A stretch of DNA of 62,046 nt, filler included, from Actinomycetota bacterium (GTDB lineage: Bacteria; Actinomycetota; Acidimicrobiia; IMCC26256; VFJJ01), in the NCBI GenBank assembly GCA_009886115.1. It is 4 parts of 4 records of this genome, joined end to end, with 100 filler letters (N's around TTAATTAATTAA, not from the genome) between each part and the next. Parts side by side here need not be neighbours in the genome. Positions count along the whole stretch, not along the records: positions 50,006 to 62,046 come from VFJJ01000030.1; 3 more parts are not named here. One strand, written 5' to 3'. Positions within the stretch are counted from its first letter, which is position 1. Each line of letters starts with the position of its first letter. A model generated the notes under the pieces. It worked only from the letters and a program-made list of their open reading frames with translations. It had not been told where the DNA came from and did not search any database. Of the stretch, positions 58,660 to 62,046 are shown in pieces. The translations under genes and the position numbers were made by a program.

Positions 58660-59045
58660 GTCGCCGATCGGAGCTCGAGGTCTTCGAGCCCCGCGACCGA
58701 CACCTCGCGCCCCTGCACGGTGACCGCGACCCGGCGGTCTGCGACGGGGATGCCGCCGAGCACCAGCGATCGGGTCTCGACAGGCAGTGCCGGAGCCACG
58801 ACGACCACCTCCCGAGGGACGTCGGGCTCGAAGCCCAGCATCGACCGGAGGAACAACAGCGGTGAGGCCGCCGCCCACGCCTGGGGCGAGCACGACGTGG
58901 GATAGCTCACCGGCGGCTCGACGTCGTCACGCGACAAACCGGAGAAGCGCTCGGGCAGTCGACCCCCCGAGTGCTGCGCGACCTGGAGCATGGCCCGGAT
59001 CACCCGATGCGCTTGTTCCACGTACCCGTAGCGCCTCAGGCGCCC
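58653..59045 (-). pseudogene. Amylo-alpha-1,6-glucosidase (GDE_C) C-terminal fragment
   Basis: LRRYG, RLPE.FSG..R, YPTSCSPQAWAAA. Confidence 0.8.
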
Positions 59046-59065
59046 AGCGCGTCGCTGGTGCATGC

Positions 59066-59262
59066 TGCACGAGCCACGACAGAAGCTCGGCCGCGATCGT
59101 GCACGCGCTTTCCCAGTGCCAGGGATCGCTCCGTTCCAGGCTCACAGCCAAGCCGGAGGCGCCGAAGTTCTGCGCAGTCAGCGCGGCGCCGACGGTGCCC
59201 GAGTGCAGCACGAGATGCCCCGTGTTGGCGCCGGTGTTGATGCCGGAGACAACCACGTTGCT
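59066..59262 (-). pseudogene. SurE nucleotidase internal fragment
   Basis: VVSGINTGANTG..VLHSGTVGAA, LAVSL; N-terminal TNDDG absent. Confidence 0.8.
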
Positions 59263-60035
59263 CGTGCAGTTGAGCCTGCCGCTCGTGCAGCCGGACCTGC
59301 CACAGCACGTGGATCGGCTCAGCTCGTCACCCGGGCCCTGAAACAGGGTCCCCGCTGGGGCGGGTACGCCGTCCCAGCCCACGAGCTCAGCTCGACCACG
59401 ATCGTCAGGCTGTTCGCACGCTGTTGTCCATCGGACCCAGGACCGTCAACTCGAGTCGATCGGCCTGCAGGTCCAACTCGCTGGCATGACGAACGAGCGC
59501 CAAGGCATTGCGGCGACGGCTGCTCGTGGCCTGGATCCGGAGGCGCCGGGCGATCTGGCGCAGCCGGACGGCCCGACGGTGCAGCACAGCCAGCGTCTCG
59601 TCGTCGAGAAGCTCGGTCAGGGCCGGAGCGACATGGGTCATATCTGTACGAGTACCCCGACGGGCGCCGAGCGAAACGGGGTGCGCAGCGCTCAGGATCG
59701 AGCTCGAGGTCGCCGAGCGCGGCTTCCCACATGTCCAGCGCTTCGGCCTCGTCGGGTGGCAATCCGTCTCGCTCCGCAAATCGCTGCGCATACCGGGAAA
59801 CGCTCGGCTCGTCGCCAACCGGAGCAGCATCCGGCGGTCGTGCGAGAGGGAGTCCTCAGCGTGGGTCAGGAGGCAATGGGGAAAGCCGTCGCCGTCGAGC
59901 GAGACCGCTTCGCCAGGCCCAGCAACGCCACGGATCCCGATCGACGGAATGTTCGTCAAAGCGCGCCCCCAGTCCCGCAGGCCCACCGATGATGGGGTTC
60001 GATTGCCAGATTCGTCGCCACCACATGGGCTTCGT

Positions 60036-60062
60036 GTACCCGATGTCGGCCGAGCCTCAAAC
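60036..60062 (-). promoter_or_regulatory. SigB/SigF-type promoter
   Basis: GTTT-N17-GGGTAC. Confidence 0.6.
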
Positions 60063-60273
60063 GGCCGGCCCGCACACCGCTTGGCTGGTGGTGAGGGCGT
60101 GAAACCCGGCAACGCCGACACCACGCCGATAGCTCGACAGATCGCGGAAACGGCACCGGCAGGTCGTCCGGGGTGGGGGGGAGACGACCTGCCAGTGCGT
60201 TGAACGTGTGATGCCCGGCCGCACGTTCGACGAAACCTCTTGAATCTCGCGGATCCTGGCTCCGGGCGCGTGC

Positions 60274-60834
60274 CTACTCGATGCCGCAGACCTCGGTGAA
60301 GTACTCCTCGACCCGCAGGGATGCTTCGTCGAATTCCGGCCCCTCGAGCGACGAGAGCGCCTCGAGTGCCTCCGGGTCCTCGGCCAGCGCAACGAAGTCG
60401 TAGTCGTACTCCGCGAGCACGTCGATGAACGACCGGAGCCCGTCCGCCACGATTTCCAGGTCGGGCCTGATCTCGTCGGGAGCCCGGTCGACGGCCTCAC
60501 CGAGGATGTCGTTCAACTCGTTGTACTGCTCGTCGACCACGTCAGGATCGGTGCTGGAGAGGAACTCGTCGCCCATCGCCGCTTCGATCTCCTGGGCGAA
60601 CTCGCAGAGATCCCCACTCCCCGATCCCGAGAAATCGTTGCCACTCCCCTCCGTGTCATCGAGAGGTGCGTCGTCGTCGGAAGCGGAGTCGTCCTCGGAC
60701 GAGCCCTCGTCGGACGAGCTGTCGTCAGACGAGCTCTCGTCGGACGCCGTGACGTCGTCGTCGTCGCCACCGCACGCCGCGAAGAGCAAGGTGGCGGACA
60801 CAATTACGGCAGGCCAACGCAGGATTGATCGCAT
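60274..60834 (-). CDS. Acidic lipoprotein
   Basis: FAAC lipobox, D/S-rich 15-bp repeats, APDEI..D, terminal C-G. Confidence 0.8.
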   Translation of the reverse strand: MRSILRWPAVIVSATLLFAACGGDDDDVTASDESSSDDSSSDEGSSEDDSASDDDAPLDDTEGSGNDFSGSGSGDLCEFAQEIEAAMGDEFLSSTDPDVVDEQYNELNDILGEAVDRAPDEIRPDLEIVADGLRSFIDVLAEYDYDFVALAEDPEALEALSSLEGPEFDEASLRVEEYFTEVCGIE

Positions 60835-61038
60835 GGGAAATCTCCGGTCGTTCGGTATCGGGGTTGCTCGGTCTCGGGGTCGGGCGTTCGGTCTCGGGGT
60901 TGCTCGGTATCGGGCAGGGCTGACGCTCCTGAACCCTGATCCAGCATAGGGAACCCCAGATACGTCGAATCCGCGCCGTCGGTAGGGGAAGCCCCGGCGT
61001 CGGGAGTGCTCCCGAGCGAATGAACAGATGAAGAGAAG

Positions 61039-61064
61039 GTTTCGTCGGCCCGACGTGCGGGTAG
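61039..61064 (+). promoter_or_regulatory. SigB/SigF-type promoter
   Basis: GTTT-N16-GGGTAG upstream of the poly-HAMP gene. Confidence 0.6.
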
Positions 61065-61130
61065 CGCGCTCGGGAAGTGTCGGGGACGCGCGCCTTCGAC
61101 GGTTGTCGAGGCCATATGCGGGGGACGATC

Positions 61131-62046
61131 GTGACCATCGTCGAGGATCATGTCGAGCTGTCGACGGGCCGGAAGAACGGGGCCAGGCGCAGCCAGCCAA
61201 CCGCGGACGCGCAGCTGGCTCAGCTGCGCGACGCCCTGCGCAGCGTGGCCCGCGGCGAGTTCGCTGTGCGTCTCGCCGAGACCGCCGACGGCGTGCTGGG
61301 CGAGGTCATGGAGGCGTTCAACGAAGTCGCGGCCACCAACGCCGCCATGTCCGCCGAGGTGTCACGCATCTCGAAGGTCGTCGGTCGGGACGGTCTGCTC
61401 CACGAGCGGGCGTCGCTACCCGGGGAGCCCCGGGGCCGTTGGAAGGCCCAGCTCGACGGGCTCAACGGGATGATCGACGACCTGGCCCGTCCCACCACCG
61501 AGTTCGCTCGCGTGATCGACGCCGTGGCCAAGGGCGACCTGACCCAGAAGATGGCTGTGCGCATCGAGGGCCGGGCGGTCAAGGGCGAGTTCCTCCGCAT
61601 CCGATCGACCGTGAACGAGATGGTCGACCGGTTGTCGTCGTTCGCCGACGAGGTCACCCGGGTGGCCGGCGAGGTGGGCACGCTGGGCAAGCTCGGCGGC
61701 CAGGCCAAGGTCAAGGGCGTCTCGGGCGTCTGGAAGGACCTCACCGACAACGTCAACACCCTGGCTTCGAACCTCACCTCCCAGGTGAGAAACATCGCCG
61801 AGGTCACCACAGCGGTGGCCAACGGCGACCTGAGCCGCAAGATCACCGTCGACGTGCGCGGCGAGGTGCTGCGGCTGAAAGAGACCATCAACACCATGGT
61901 CGACCAGTTAAACGGGTTTGCCTCGGAAGTGACGCGCGTCGCGCGTGAAGTCGGCACCGAGGGCAAGCTCGGCGGCCAGGCCCAGGTGCCCGGTGTCGCG
62001 GGCGTCTGGAAGGACCTTACCGACAACGTCAACTCGATGGCCGAGA
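61131..62046 (+). CDS. Poly-HAMP hybrid histidine kinase (OsaA/group III-like), runs off the window; absent from the ORF track
   Basis: Manual translation shows repeated [31 protein letters not shown] and VA.GDL..KI units. Confidence 0.9.
   Translation, partial: MTIVEDHVELSTGRKNGARRSQPTADAQLAQLRDALRSVARGEFAVRLAETADGVLGEVMEAFNEVAATNAAMSAEVSRISKVVGRDGLLHERASLPGEPRGRWKAQLDGLNGMIDDLARPTTEFARVIDAVAKGDLTQKMAVRIEGRAVKGEFLRIRSTVNEMVDRLSSFADEVTRVAGEVGTLGKLGGQAKVKGVSGVWKDLTDNVNTLASNLTSQVRNIAEVTTAVANGDLSRKITVDVRGEVLRLKETINTMVDQLNGFASEVTRVAREVGTEGKLGGQAQVPGVAGVWKDLTDNVNSMAE

Noticed and set aside
60849..60914. Imperfect CGGT(A/C)TCGGGG repeats upstream of the lipoprotein gene
   Set aside because: Short low-complexity duplication without unique spacers; no function supportable
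61220..62032. 270-aa minus-strand repetitive ORF
   Set aside because: Shadow of the plus-strand poly-HAMP kinase that runs off the window

Overview
High-GC actinobacterial DNA; gene content and style suggest Acidimicrobiia (inference). The window is four unrelated contigs joined by artificial 100-nt N/TTAATTAATTAA linkers. Contig 1 (1-14629): ssrA-smpB, a catabolic cluster (Mo-hydroxylase large subunit, P450, DUF2889, acyl-CoA ligase, amidohydrolase, SnoaL proteins), two Fic genes and two VOC genes. Contig 2 (14730-34843): a DosR/DevR-like hypoxia regulon island with candidate DosR boxes and several gene remnants, followed by a bioF-bioB-bsaP-bioA-bioD operon. Contig 3 (34944-49905): a large secreted PATR/FN3 repeat protein, a pseudokinase, a PD-(D/E)XK nuclease, an MFS pump, an esterase, RNase D and a conservon (actinobacterial G-protein system). 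It also holds a redoxin split by an in-frame UGA with a SECIS-like hairpin directly downstream, a probable selenoprotein and the top finding. Contig 4 (50006-62046): an IS1634/DUF6788 element carrying a nested IS3, then a SigB/SigF-type partner-switching stress locus (STAS, SpoIIE sensor phosphatase, poly-HAMP kinase) with three matching promoters. All calls come from motif recognition by eye; no searches were run.
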